Assembly (NCBI GenBank): GCA_029881195.1
Contig: JAOUNB010000001.1
Location: 1 to 50,147 of the forward strand
DNA: 50,147 bases
DNA from: Nitrosopumilus sp.
GTDB taxonomy: Archaea > Thermoproteota > Nitrososphaeria > Nitrososphaerales > Nitrosopumilaceae
Reading direction: 5' to 3'
Shown piece after piece: positions 18,443-28,777 of this stretch (its first letter is position 1; each line of letters begins with the position of its first letter). A program made the position numbers and the translations under genes. The notes below the pieces were generated by a model. That model had not been told where the DNA came from. It saw nothing but the letters and a program-made list of their open reading frames with translations, and ran no database searches.

Positions 18443-19354
18443 TTAGTTTTTAGAAGCGTTTGGGTTTTTAGGTTTCTTTTGATTTGGGTTGAATGATTTC
18501 TTTGGGGAGTTGGGTTTCTTTTGATTTGGGTTGAATGATTTCTTTGGGGAGTTGGGTTTCTTTTTAGGTTCCTCGCTTACTAATTTTTTATAGAGTTTGA
18601 ATGCTTGATCAACATTCTGATTTGCATGGACAATTGCTCTAACAGCTCTAATCATAGAGACTGGATGTTCTGATTGCCAGATGTTTCTTCCCATGTCAAC
18701 ACCAACTGCACCGCCCTTGATTGCGTTGTATGTTAATTGCAATGCATCGCGCTCGGGGATTTTTTTTCCACCTGCAACAATAATTGGTACAGGACATGAT
18801 TGAACGACTTTTTCAAAATTATCACAATAGTAAGTTTTTACAATATGCGCACCTTGTTCAGCAGCTATTCTACATGCCAAAGAAAGATATCTAGCATCTT
18901 TACCTAGTTCTTTTCCAACTGCAGTTACTGCTAAAACTGGAAGTCCATATTTTTCAGCTTTGCCAACTAATTTTCCAAGATTAACAATAGTTTGATATTC
19001 ATATTTTGAACCAACAAATATGGACATTGCAAGGGCACTAGCATTTAATCTGATTGCGTCTTCAATGGATACTGTGATATCTTCCTGTGAAAGATCCTCA
19101 CCAATAATGCTTGAGCCTCCAGAGACTCGCAACACCATAGGAGTATCAGTCGTTGTTGAAACACATGCCCTTTGGATTCCTCTTGTAACCATTAAAGAGT
19201 CACAGTATTTCAAGAGTGGTGCAATTACTTTTTTTGGATCCTCTAGTTTTTCAGTAGGACCAAGAAAGTACCCATGATCTACAGCCAACATTAATGCCCG
19301 GTTATTTTGCGGTTTTATAATACTAGAAATTCTATTTTTTAATCCCCAATCCAA
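18443..19354 (-). CDS. DhnA/LsrF-family class I aldolase/thiolase
   Basis: LAVDHG, GAHIVKTYY, IVAGGKK, DMGRNIWQ. Confidence 0.85.
   Translation of the reverse strand: MDWGLKNRISSIIKPQNNRALMLAVDHGYFLGPTEKLEDPKKVIAPLLKYCDSLMVTRGIQRACVSTTTDTPMVLRVSGGSSIIGEDLSQEDITVSIEDAIRLNASALAMSIFVGSKYEYQTIVNLGKLVGKAEKYGLPVLAVTAVGKELGKDARYLSLACRIAAEQGAHIVKTYYCDNFEKVVQSCPVPIIVAGGKKIPERDALQLTYNAIKGGAVGVDMGRNIWQSEHPVSMIRAVRAIVHANQNVDQAFKLYKKLVSEEPKKKPNSPKKSFNPNQKKPNSPKKSFNPNQKKPKNPNASKN
18471..18564. repeat. 42-bp tandem repeat (2.2 copies) encoding KKPNSPKKSFNPNQ
   Basis: Two exact copies at 18471-18512 and 18513-18554. Confidence 0.9.
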
Positions 19355-19400
19355 ATCTCTTCGAATTTGGAATAATTGAAATACCTTTCTTAAGCCTTTC

Positions 19401-20429
19401 TCATTTTGTAATAATTATCTTCATTGCATTCTCACCTGTACGTGCATGATCAAATGCCTTTTGAGAATCATCAATAGAATAAGTATGAGTGATTAGTTGT
19501 TTAACATCAATTTTTGAGGATTCTATAAGATCAAGGGCTTCTTTTGTATCTTTATCAGAAGCAGCATAACTAGTTACAAGAGATATTTCTTTAGAGTATA
19601 TTTTATTCATATCCAAATTTAGTTGGGCACCTTTTGATGGGACTCCAAACATCATAACAGAGCCTCCTTTCCGGGTTATATCTATTGCATCCTCCAATGC
19701 TTTAAGACTGCTAGTAGCTACAATTGCTACATCAACGCCTCTTCCCTGAGTACCATCTATAATTTTTTGTTTTCTGTTTTCATCCATAGAATTAATTGAA
19801 TTAGTTATGTCAAATTTTTTTGCAAAGTCCAATCTAAATTCATTAACATCAAAACAAAAAATCTTTGAGAATTTTTTTACATGTGCTAGCATTACATGCA
19901 TCATACCAGTTGGACCAACTCCAAAAATTGCAGCGGAGTCACCTTCACGATATGGAAATTTTGTCCATGCCCTAATGCAACATGCTAAAGGTTCAATCAT
20001 TGCAGCTTCTTCAAAACTTATTGAATCAGATATTTTCAAAATACCACCATGAGACACATTCCATGCCGGAACAACATATTCTTCAGAAAGTCCACATGGC
20101 GACAAATTTGTTTCATAGTATTTTGAACACATGGTTTCATTTCCATGATTGCACAAATGACAATCATAACAAGGAACATGATGATGAGTAAAAACACGAT
20201 CACCTATCCTAAATCCAGTAACCTCAGAACCAATATCCAATATTATTCCAGCGGGTTCATGTCCTAAACGCATTGATGGTTGACCATATTGGCCAAAAAC
20301 TTTTTCTAAATCGGATCCACATATCCCACAAGCATTCATCTGAACTAAAACATCACCGTCTCCTATTGATGGTTTATCAGTTTCATCAACAGAAATAATG
20401 GAAGGCTCTTTAACAAATGAAGTTTTCAT
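19401..20429 (-). CDS. Zinc-dependent alcohol/sugar dehydrogenase (MDR family)
   Basis: CGICGSD, GHEPAG, CxxCxxCx7C, GVGPTG. Confidence 0.92.
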   Translation of the reverse strand: MKTSFVKEPSIISVDETDKPSIGDGDVLVQMNACGICGSDLEKVFGQYGQPSMRLGHEPAGIILDIGSEVTGFRIGDRVFTHHHVPCYDCHLCNHGNETMCSKYYETNLSPCGLSEEYVVPAWNVSHGGILKISDSISFEEAAMIEPLACCIRAWTKFPYREGDSAAIFGVGPTGMMHVMLAHVKKFSKIFCFDVNEFRLDFAKKFDITNSINSMDENRKQKIIDGTQGRGVDVAIVATSSLKALEDAIDITRKGGSVMMFGVPSKGAQLNLDMNKIYSKEISLVTSYAASDKDTKEALDLIESSKIDVKQLITHTYSIDDSQKAFDHARTGENAMKIIITK

Positions 20430-20469
20430 GGTAAACCATTAAAGAATTGAATATAAGTAGATTAAACAA

Positions 20470-20763
20470 TCATACGCCAAGAATCTTTTTCAGCATAACT
20501 CTATAATCAACATCTGTTTTTTCACTTCCGGTTGCAGGCAATGCAAAAACTAAAGTGGATTTTTCAGATCTCAATGCTGTCAATTCATCATTAATTGGTT
20601 CAGTTATATCGTCACTTACCAAAACCAGCCCAACATCAGAATCGTCAGTTAGTCTTTTAATTTCATCCAAAGCCTTTTGAGGAGTTTCAGAAATAATTCC
20701 CGGAACACCGGCTAATTGAAAACTAGTAACAAACGATTTGCTTCCAACAGTGAAGATTTTCAC
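20470..20763 (-). CDS. atpF: A/V-type ATP synthase subunit F
   Basis: KIFTVGSKSFVTSFQLAGV...DVGLVLV...KKILGV. Confidence 0.85.
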   Translation of the reverse strand: MKIFTVGSKSFVTSFQLAGVPGIISETPQKALDEIKRLTDDSDVGLVLVSDDITEPINDELTALRSEKSTLVFALPATGSEKTDVDYRVMLKKILGV

Positions 20764-20852
20764 AGTTAAAATTTTTGTCCATTGTAATTTAACCCTTTTT
20801 GGTAGTTTATAGATCAGGAAAGATTGATTTAGTTTAAAAAATCACTTGATTC

Positions 20853-21152
20853 ATGGCAGAAATTGATGTCCAAAAAGACGTGTACTTGTTCCTACATGGA
20901 CGAATGGATCTTAAAGAAAAAGCAATGAATACGCTCACAACAAAGGGATTCTCAAGTGACAAAGTCATCATGGCGTTACCAAACAAAGTTGGAAATGTTG
21001 GAGATTATATGGCAATGTTATGGATGCCTCCAAATCCGGATCATGTAAAAATTCAGCAGATCACCAAAGTTGAAGATGTAGAACCAGAAGGGATGATAGG
21101 GCTTTGGAAAGGTGTTTCAAAAGACGATATTGATACTATTCAATTAGAGTAA
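20853..21152 (+). CDS. Hypothetical protein
   Basis: Clean 99-aa ORF with host-like composition. Confidence 0.7.
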   Translation: MAEIDVQKDVYLFLHGRMDLKEKAMNTLTTKGFSSDKVIMALPNKVGNVGDYMAMLWMPPNPDHVKIQQITKVEDVEPEGMIGLWKGVSKDDIDTIQLE

Positions 21153-21404
21153 TCAGCTAAATCCAGCACCAAAATCAGTACCTTTTTCTAAAATATCACC
21201 CGAATCAGAATTTTTTAATTTTCTGTAAAGTAGTGTTTCATAAACTAATTTCATCGATGAATCATCATCAAGACCATAATCTTCTTTGATTAGATTTCTA
21301 TATTTTTCTAATTTTGCTTCATCTTGTTCATCAGTAGATATTCCATCATGTACCATTAAATTTGCAATTTTCTCAATTTCAGAATTTTGTTGTTCTTCAT
21401 CCAT
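21153..21404 (-). CDS. Hypothetical acidic protein
   Basis: 83-aa ORF converging exactly on the previous gene. Confidence 0.7.
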   Translation of the reverse strand: MDEEQQNSEIEKIANLMVHDGISTDEQDEAKLEKYRNLIKEDYGLDDDSSMKLVYETLLYRKLKNSDSGDILEKGTDFGAGFS

Positions 21405-21452
21405 GATTTTTAATGTAATTTCTACTAATTAACACATTCGAATAACAGATAA

Positions 21453-21755
21453 TTACAAATCAGAAATCAATCCTGAAAGAAAATCAGCGAATTCATCATC
21501 AGAAAAGATGATTTTTTCAACCTTGTTTTCTTTTTGAGCTAAACTTGCAGAGTCAAGGTGATAACAAGAAATTTTTCCATTTAACTGGCCAAAATAAAAT
21601 CCAGGGCAAGAACAGTAACTTATAGTAGGATCAATCCAGTATTCTTCACCTTTTCCTACTACAGTCCAAATTTTTCTTTGACTAGGTTCAAAGATATGTA
21701 GCTTAACACGTTTTTCAGAAACCAGAACTTCAACTCTATCAGAGTCTTTGTGCAT
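21453..21755 (-). CDS. SWIM zinc-finger protein
   Basis: YCSCPGF...CYH. Confidence 0.8.
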   Translation of the reverse strand: MHKDSDRVEVLVSEKRVKLHIFEPSQRKIWTVVGKGEEYWIDPTISYCSCPGFYFGQLNGKISCYHLDSASLAQKENKVEKIIFSDDEFADFLSGLISDL

Positions 21756-21771
21756 AAGGGTTTAATCAGAT

Positions 21772-22536
21772 ATGTACAGTATAACTTTGATGTTGCAAAC
21801 TAGAATCATTCCATCAAAACCAGCATTAATTTTAGAAGGTAGAAAAAAGAATCTCATAATAACAGATATTCATCTGGGATTTGAGAGTGATTTGAAATCA
21901 AACGAGATTTTTATTGGAAAAAACTCATCAATCAATGAAACAATTCAGGAATTATCCGAAATTATCGATTCAGAGAAACCAGATTCAGTGATTCTGTTAG
22001 GAGACATAAAATCAAGCATCAAAAACATAACAAAAAATGAATGGGATGAAGTTCCATTGTTTTTTAAAGAAATTAGGAAAAAATGTGATGTGGTGTTAAT
22101 TCCAGGTAATCACGATGCAAATATCCAGAAATTAGTCCCAGAAAATATTTCCATGATTAGTTCTACAGGAATGGTTGAAGAAAATGTTCTGCTAACACAT
22201 GGGCATACAATGCCGTCAGAAAACTTTTCTCATATTAATAAAATCATAATGGGGCACATACATCCAAGGTTTCTTCAAGAAGATTCAATTATGAGTGGAC
22301 AGAGAGTATGGGTTTCACTAACAACAGAAAAACAAAAAATATTCCCATCAAAGTCGGGAGAATTGGAGATAATTATTGTCCCATCATTTAACAGATATTT
22401 GTATACGACACACAAAAAATATTATAAAAAATCAATTTCACCTATTATAGAGAGATTAGAAATTTTGTCTGCAAAAATTGTATCATTGGATGGAATAATT
22501 CTAGGAGATAAATCAATCATTAAACAAGTACTGTGA
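21772..22536 (+). CDS. Metallophosphoesterase (calcineurin-like)
   Basis: DIHLG, LLGD, GNHD, THGH, GHIHP. Confidence 0.9.
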   Translation: MYSITLMLQTRIIPSKPALILEGRKKNLIITDIHLGFESDLKSNEIFIGKNSSINETIQELSEIIDSEKPDSVILLGDIKSSIKNITKNEWDEVPLFFKEIRKKCDVVLIPGNHDANIQKLVPENISMISSTGMVEENVLLTHGHTMPSENFSHINKIIMGHIHPRFLQEDSIMSGQRVWVSLTTEKQKIFPSKSGELEIIIVPSFNRYLYTTHKKYYKKSISPIIERLEILSAKIVSLDGIILGDKSIIKQVL

Positions 22537-22547
22537 TTTTAAGAAGG

Positions 22548-25500
22548 TTAATCATATGTATCATAAGGCTCAATTGGTTCTTTAGTGGTTTTATTATTTT
22601 TAAGCCACTCTAAAGTTTTTACAAAAGAATCTGCTAATTCAATAGTTGTAAGTACAGGAATTCCAAGTTCTAAAGACTTTCTTCGAATTTGATATTCATC
22701 GTCTAGCATTCCAACATATTTTTCCAATGTAGATGTACTTGGGATATTAATAATAAAATCAATCTTTCGTTCATAAAGAAGATCAGCAATGTTTGGTTTT
22801 CTTTTAGGCTCAGAAATTTTGTGCACAATTTCAATTTGGCCGACTTTTTCCTCAAAGAATTCAGCAGTATGTTCTGTTGCCAATATTTTGAATCCCAAAT
22901 GTTTGAGTTTTGCAATAGATGGAACAAGTTTTTCTTTATTTTGAGCACCGCCAACAGTGATTAGTGCAGTCCCTTTGTCTGGCAAGTTATAGCCGACAGA
23001 GGTCAATCCTTTAGATAGTGCATCATAGAAGCTATTTCCAAAGCATGCAGCTTCTCCAGTTGATTGCATTTCAACACCAAGAGCAATGTCAGCACCATCC
23101 AGTTGCATAAATGAAAATTGCGGGACTTTAATTCCATAATTGTGAATCTTTTGCCATTTATTTTCAGGAATTTTAGGCAGTGGTTTGTCCATTATTGCCT
23201 TTGCCGCAAGTGAGATAAGATTTGTTTTGACTAATTTTGACACAAATGGCATAGAACGTGAGGCTCTGATATTTAGTTCAATTACATAAACATGATCGTC
23301 ATGAACCAAAAATTGGAGATTAAATGGGCCTTTAACATTAAATGTTAAAGCAATCTTTTTTGTGTATTCATTAATTGTTTCAATGATTTTGTTGCTTAAT
23401 CTCCAAGGAGGAATACACATCATAGCATCCCCAGAATGAACACCCGCACTATCAATATGCTCAACAATTGCGCCAATAACAACTTCTTTTCCATTACTAA
23501 CTCCATCAACATCCACTTCAAGGGAATTCAACATGAATTTTGAAATTACAACTGGATGATCAGGGGAAACATCAGTAGCCTCTTTGACATATGTTTTTAA
23601 TTCGTCTGGAGACCAAACAACTTTCATTGCTGCACCAGAAAGAACGTAAGAGGGCCTAACAATAACAGGAAACTCAACTTCCTGTGCAAAGTTTTTTGCC
23701 TCAGTAAGATTGGAGAACGCTTGCCAACGTGGTTGTTGGATGTGAAGTTTGTCAAGCTCTGCACTAAACTTGGAACGGTTTTCGGCTCTATCCACATCAT
23801 GTGCGCTGGTTCCTAAAACATTCACACCGTGTTGTGCAAGACCAGGAGCAAGATTATTTGCGGTTTGCCCTCCAACACATGTGATTATTCCCCTTGGATG
23901 TTCAAATTCAGTAATGTCTAAAATTCTTTCTTGTGTCAATTCTTCAAAATACAATCTAGTACAAATATCATAGTCAGTAGATACTGTTTCAGGATTACAA
24001 TTAACAACAGAGATGCTTTTCTCACCATTTTCCTGCAAACCCCAGACCATGTTGACAGTTCCCCAATCAAATTCAACACTACTTCCAATTCTATAGGGGC
24101 CTGCTCCTAGCACAACAACTCCTTTTTCATCAGAGGGTATCTCAACATCATGAGAATTACCACCATAAGTGAGATAAAGATAGTTGGTTACCGCAGGCCA
24201 TTCAGCTGCCAACGTATCAATCTGTTTTACAGATGGCAATACGCCCAGTTTCTTACGTAGATTACGGATATCATCAGGGATGGATCCTTTAGCACGGGCA
24301 ATTTGCCTATCTGAAAATCCCATTTTTTTGGCTTTCCATAGAAGAGCCATGTCAAGTTCAGAGGTTTTTAGTTTTGATTCGACATCTACAATATTTTTTA
24401 TTTTTTCAATAAACCACGGATCAATTGTTGAAAGTTTGTAAATTCGCTCAACAGAGATTCCCATTTTTAGTGCAATGGCCACATTATACATAATATGATC
24501 ATCGTGATGAGAGAGAGCATATTCGATTTCTTCTTCAGTGTATGTTTTTCCATTTGCACGATTTAGAACAAGCCCATCATTTCCAATGTCTAACATGCGA
24601 ATTGCTTTTTGAAATGATTCCTCAAATGTACGTCCTATGGCCATAACTTCGCCAACGGATTTCATAGTTGGGCCAAGTCTTCTATTAACAAGTTCAAATT
24701 TTTCAAAATCCCATCGTGGATGTTTGCATACAATATAATCAAGAGAAGGTTCAAAACAAGCAGTAGTATTTTTTGTGATTCTGTTTACTAGTTCAGATAA
24801 ATTGTAACCCAATCCAATTTTTGCAGACATGTATGCAAGGGGATATCCAGTTGCTTTACTTGCAAGAGCTGAAGAACGAGATAATCTTGGATTAATTTCG
24901 ATTGCAACATATCTATCAGATTTTGGTTCAAGTGCATATTGGATATTACATTCTCCAACAATTCCAACATGTTTGGTTGCACGTAATGCGGCAGAACGTA
25001 ACATATGATACTCATGATTATCAATTGTTTGTGAAGGTGCAACAACAATATTATCACCAGTGTGGGCTTTCATCGATAGAACGTTTTCCATGTTACAAAC
25101 AATTACATTATTTCCATCGTAATCTTGCATTACCTCATACTCAATTTGTTTCCAATGTCCAATATATTCTTCAATTAGAACTTGGCCAACTATGCTCGCC
25201 TTGAAACCTCTTTCGACAATTTCATGAAGCTCAATTTCATTATATGCGACTCCTCCACCACGTCCACCCAAGGTATAGGCGACTCGAACTATTACAGGAT
25301 ACACTAATTCTTCTGCTGCCTTTTTTGCATCATCAAAATTTGTAACAGTTTTACTTTTTAGAACAGGAACTCTGCATTCACTCATGGAATCCTTGAAGAG
25401 CTGACGATCTTCAGTTTTTTGAATTCCTTTAATTTGGGTTCCAAGTACTTTGACATTATATTTTTGGAGAACACCAGATTCCTCTAGGCTAACCCCGCAG

Positions 25501-25811
25501 TTAAGAGCGGTTTGACCACCATAGGCCAGCATAATTCCATCTGGTCTTTCTTTTTCGATAATAGATTCCACATACTCTTGGTTTACAGGAAGAAGATACA
25601 CTTGATCTGCGAATCGTGTATCAGTCTGAATTGTCGCAATGTTGGGATTGATTAAAACACTACTTAATCCATCTTCCCGTATGGCTTTGAGGCATTGGCT
25701 TCCGGAGTAGTCAAATTGACGGTCGTTTTAGCGACTCTCGCCGGCTTCTCCGATTTTTATTGCCCCACTTCCAAGTACAAGGATTTTCTTTAACGACTCA
25801 TTCTTTGGCAG
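22548..25811 (-). CDS. carB: Carbamoyl-phosphate synthase large subunit; two exons 25811-25737 and 25715-22548 (1080 aa if spliced), CTG start
   Basis: Manual translation upstream of the called ORF gives (L/M)PKNESLKKILVLGSGAIKIGEAGE | FDYSGSQCLKAIREDG...INPNIATIQTD, in frame with the 1017-aa ORF; two ATP-grasp halves and an MGS domain. Confidence 0.93.
25716..25736 (-). other. Putative 21-nt bulge-helix-bulge-type mRNA intron in carB
   Basis: GGCG AG^A GTCG CTAAAA CGAC CGTC AA^T: 4-bp central helix, two 3-nt bulges, intron hairpin; contains in-frame TAA; removal restores GEFD. Confidence 0.82.
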
Positions 25812-26955
25812 ACGTTCCTTCCTCCATAAGGTGTTGTAGCTCTTCAAAGACGAACTTACAGTCATAAGGACCAGGTGCAGCTTCTGGATGAAATTGTACT
25901 GCAATACACTTCTGTTTTTTATGTTTTATTCCTTCGACTGTTTTGTCATCTGCATTTGTAAACCATAAATTAAATTCAGAATTTTCAAGAGATTCAGGAG
26001 TTATTCCATATCCATGATTCTGACTAGTGACATAAACTTGATTATTTTCTAAATTGACACAAGGTTTGTTTTGTCCACGATGTCCATACTTTAGTTTGTA
26101 AGTATCAGTATTTCCGGCAATGCCAATAATTTGTGCACCTAAACAAATTCCCAGTGTAGGAACATTATTTTCAATTAATTTTTTGGCAGTATTAATGGTG
26201 TCAGGGCATTTTTGCGGGTCACCTGGACCGCTACTTAAGACAACACCTTTTGGATGATAAGACATTATTTTTTCATATGTGGTATCCCATGGAAGACGGA
26301 TTACTTTGTATCCAATCTCACGAATATTTCGAATAATTGCATTTTTTGCACCAGTATCAATAACTACAACAGATTGGTTTTCATGACCATAGACTTTTTC
26401 TTGTTTTGTGGACACATCATTCATGAATTGTTCAGAATCATAATGAGGTGCAGATTTGAGCTGTTTTTTAATTTCTTCAACATTAATTTCAGAATCAGAT
26501 ACGACTAGTGCTGCCATCATGACTCCACCTGTTCTAATCTTTTTTGTTAATTCACGAGTATCAATGCCGGAGATTCCAGGAATTTTTTCATTATATAGCC
26601 ATTCATCAAGAGTCATAGTTAGGTTCCAATGACTCGAAGTCAAAGATAGTTCATGAACAACTAATCCTCGAATTTGAATCTTGTCAGATTCAAAGAATTT
26701 TGGGATTCCATCATCATCTTTAATAGACGAGTCTGGGACACCATAATTTCCAACTAATGGATATGTGAGGGTAAGAATTTGACCGCTGTAGGAAGGATCG
26801 GTAAGGGCTTCAGTATAACCTACCATTCCAGTATTAAATACAATTTCTCCAAAAGCAGTAGTAGAATAACCGAAACCTTCGCCATCAAGAACAGTTCCAT
26901 CATCAAAAATCAGCTTTCCAAACTTTTTTGCGTGGTTTGATTTCTTTGTAGTAAT
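25798..26955 (-). CDS. carA: Carbamoyl-phosphate synthase small subunit; probable non-canonical (ATT) start
   Basis: PTLGICLG and FHPE glutaminase motifs; conserved KLIFDDGTVLDGEGFG...GEIVFNTG lies upstream of the called start at 26826 with no in-frame ATG/GTG/TTG before a TAA. Confidence 0.9.
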   Translation of the reverse strand: MTTKKSNHAKKFGKLIFDDGTVLDGEGFGYSTTAFGEIVFNTGMVGYTEALTDPSYSGQILTLTYPLVGNYGVPDSSIKDDDGIPKFFESDKIQIRGLVVHELSLTSSHWNLTMTLDEWLYNEKIPGISGIDTRELTKKIRTGGVMMAALVVSDSEINVEEIKKQLKSAPHYDSEQFMNDVSTKQEKVYGHENQSVVVIDTGAKNAIIRNIREIGYKVIRLPWDTTYEKIMSYHPKGVVLSSGPGDPQKCPDTINTAKKLIENNVPTLGICLGAQIIGIAGNTDTYKLKYGHRGQNKPCVNLENNQVYVTSQNHGYGITPESLENSEFNLWFTNADDKTVEGIKHKKQKCIAVQFHPEAAPGPYDCKFVFEELQHLMEEGTSAKE

Positions 26956-27082
26956 TGTGACCCTCGATTAGTCCGCTAGAAAGTGAATTTAAGTTTTATG
27001 TGAAAACTAAAATCAAAAAATGATCGCAAAAGAGAACTATTTAGAACAAATTGTACAATGTCTAAGATCGGATATTTGAATT

Positions 27083-28276
27083 CTAAAGTGCTTGGAACTC
27101 TTCACTCCACTTATGATAAGCACGGATCATTTCTAGTGAAACACTAGGTTTTCTTCTTGCCATAATATCTTTAAAATCAGATGTGGTAAGCTCTCTGGGC
27201 TGTACTGGTTCCTCACCTTCAATTGGTTCATGATAATCAGGAGCATTGAAAATTTCATGAACGGTTTTTATCTGAGCAGCTTGGCAGACATCTTTAATAT
27301 CGCTTGCACTATAACCGTCAAACAGTTTAGCCAATTCAGAATTATTTACTCGATAATTTTTACTTAGAGGTGCAGTGTATTGCTCAAATAGGTTTTCTCT
27401 TGCTTCTTGGGTTGGAAGAGAAACATAGATTCTCTTTTGAAATCTTCTAAGAAAAGGCCAATCAAGACTCCAAGGTTTGTTGGTTGCTCCAATCACATAA
27501 AGCATTAAATCTTTACCTTTGCCGTTCACACCATCCATTTCAGTTAAAAATTGATTTTTAGTTCTAACTTCTCCACCTACTTCACTATTTCTAGAACCTA
27601 ACAATGAATCTACTTCATCTACAAATAAAATAACAGGTTTACCTTCTTTTTCAGCATATTGTCTTGCCATGGCAAATAATTTTGAAACATTCTTTTCTGC
27701 TTCACCTAACCATTTACTCATCATTGAAGATGCATCAACATTGATAAAGTAACCATCCATCTCATTTGCCGTTGCTGCTGCAAGCATTGTTTTCCCAGTA
27801 CCGGGTGGTCCGTAAAGCAACATACCCTTTGGCCAACCTAAAGGAAACAAATCAGGCCTCTTAGTTGGATAAACAATAGATTCGCGTAAAGCACTTTTTG
27901 CATCTTCTAATCCAATTACTTGATCCCATGTAACATTGGGTTTTTCTTTCATTAAAAGATCTTCAAAGTCATTTTCATTCTCTTGTCTCTCTACAGATTT
28001 CTTTTGTTCTTCTGCAGATGCCTTTGGGTCTACTGCAGGCTCTACACCATGAGCCTGTTGCAAGGCATTAATTCTATTATGATAAGAGTTACATCTATCT
28101 TTGTAAATTTGATTTAGTTTACTTGTCGGGTATAATTGTAGTAGTTTTACCAAAGAATCAATGGCATGTTGATAGTGAGTAATTGCCATTCCCCGTGCAC
28201 CTTGTGAATCAAATTTGATAGCTTCTGAAGCATATTTGCTTGCAGTGTTTTCTAATTCTTGGGGGGCTAAACTCAT
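27083..28276 (-). CDS. cdvC: Vps4-like AAA ATPase CdvC
   Basis: N-terminal MIT-like helices, GPPGTGKT, SKWLGEAEK, FVDEVD, RRFQKRIY. Confidence 0.9.
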   Translation of the reverse strand: MSLAPQELENTASKYASEAIKFDSQGARGMAITHYQHAIDSLVKLLQLYPTSKLNQIYKDRCNSYHNRINALQQAHGVEPAVDPKASAEEQKKSVERQENENDFEDLLMKEKPNVTWDQVIGLEDAKSALRESIVYPTKRPDLFPLGWPKGMLLYGPPGTGKTMLAAATANEMDGYFINVDASSMMSKWLGEAEKNVSKLFAMARQYAEKEGKPVILFVDEVDSLLGSRNSEVGGEVRTKNQFLTEMDGVNGKGKDLMLYVIGATNKPWSLDWPFLRRFQKRIYVSLPTQEARENLFEQYTAPLSKNYRVNNSELAKLFDGYSASDIKDVCQAAQIKTVHEIFNAPDYHEPIEGEEPVQPRELTTSDFKDIMARRKPSVSLEMIRAYHKWSEEFQAL

Positions 28277-28285
28277 CTTAATTAC

Positions 28286-28777
28286 CTACGCAGTGTGTCT
28301 TTGAGAATTTTGTTGGTATTCTACGGTGTTAATATCTGTAACAAAATTAGTTAAATTAATTGCACTTGTCTCATCTTCGTTGTAGTCAGGACCGTTCAGA
28401 TAATTCTTCTTAAAATCAGACTTGCCAGAGATATTTGTATGCATATCTTTTACTTTGTTAATAGAGTCTTCTGCTGAAATGATTAATTCGGAAATTTCAT
28501 CATCAAGATCTGCAAGCGAGGTAGAAGTTTCATATACAATTGAGGTGAAATACTTTAGAATTGAACTCATCTCTTTTTTGTCGACGTATTTACACATCAT
28601 AAAATCAGCGAGTTTAACAATTTTATCCAAATCATGCAGTTCTTCCAGACTCAGTTTTTCAATTTTTGTATCATCTGACGATTTTACTGTGGATAGTTTT
28701 TTATCAATTTTTAATGATATGCCTTTAATTCTTTGAATATCTTTTGTAAAATCTCGTTTAGACGGTAGTGTTATCAA
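28286..28777 (-). CDS. Hypothetical helical protein in the cdv cluster
   Basis: 163-aa ORF; start overlaps upstream stop; 9 nt before cdvC. Confidence 0.7.
   Translation of the reverse strand: MITLPSKRDFTKDIQRIKGISLKIDKKLSTVKSSDDTKIEKLSLEELHDLDKIVKLADFMMCKYVDKKEMSSILKYFTSIVYETSTSLADLDDEISELIISAEDSINKVKDMHTNISGKSDFKKNYLNGPDYNEDETSAINLTNFVTDINTVEYQQNSQRHTA

Noticed and set aside
20470-20763. Isolated atpF as an anomaly
   Set aside because: A separated subunit F gene is, as far as I recall, usual in this lineage, and there is no sign of mobility
22548-25811. carB as a simple pseudogene or frameshift
   Set aside because: The rest of the gene is intact, the insert is in frame, and it matches splice-motif geometry exactly
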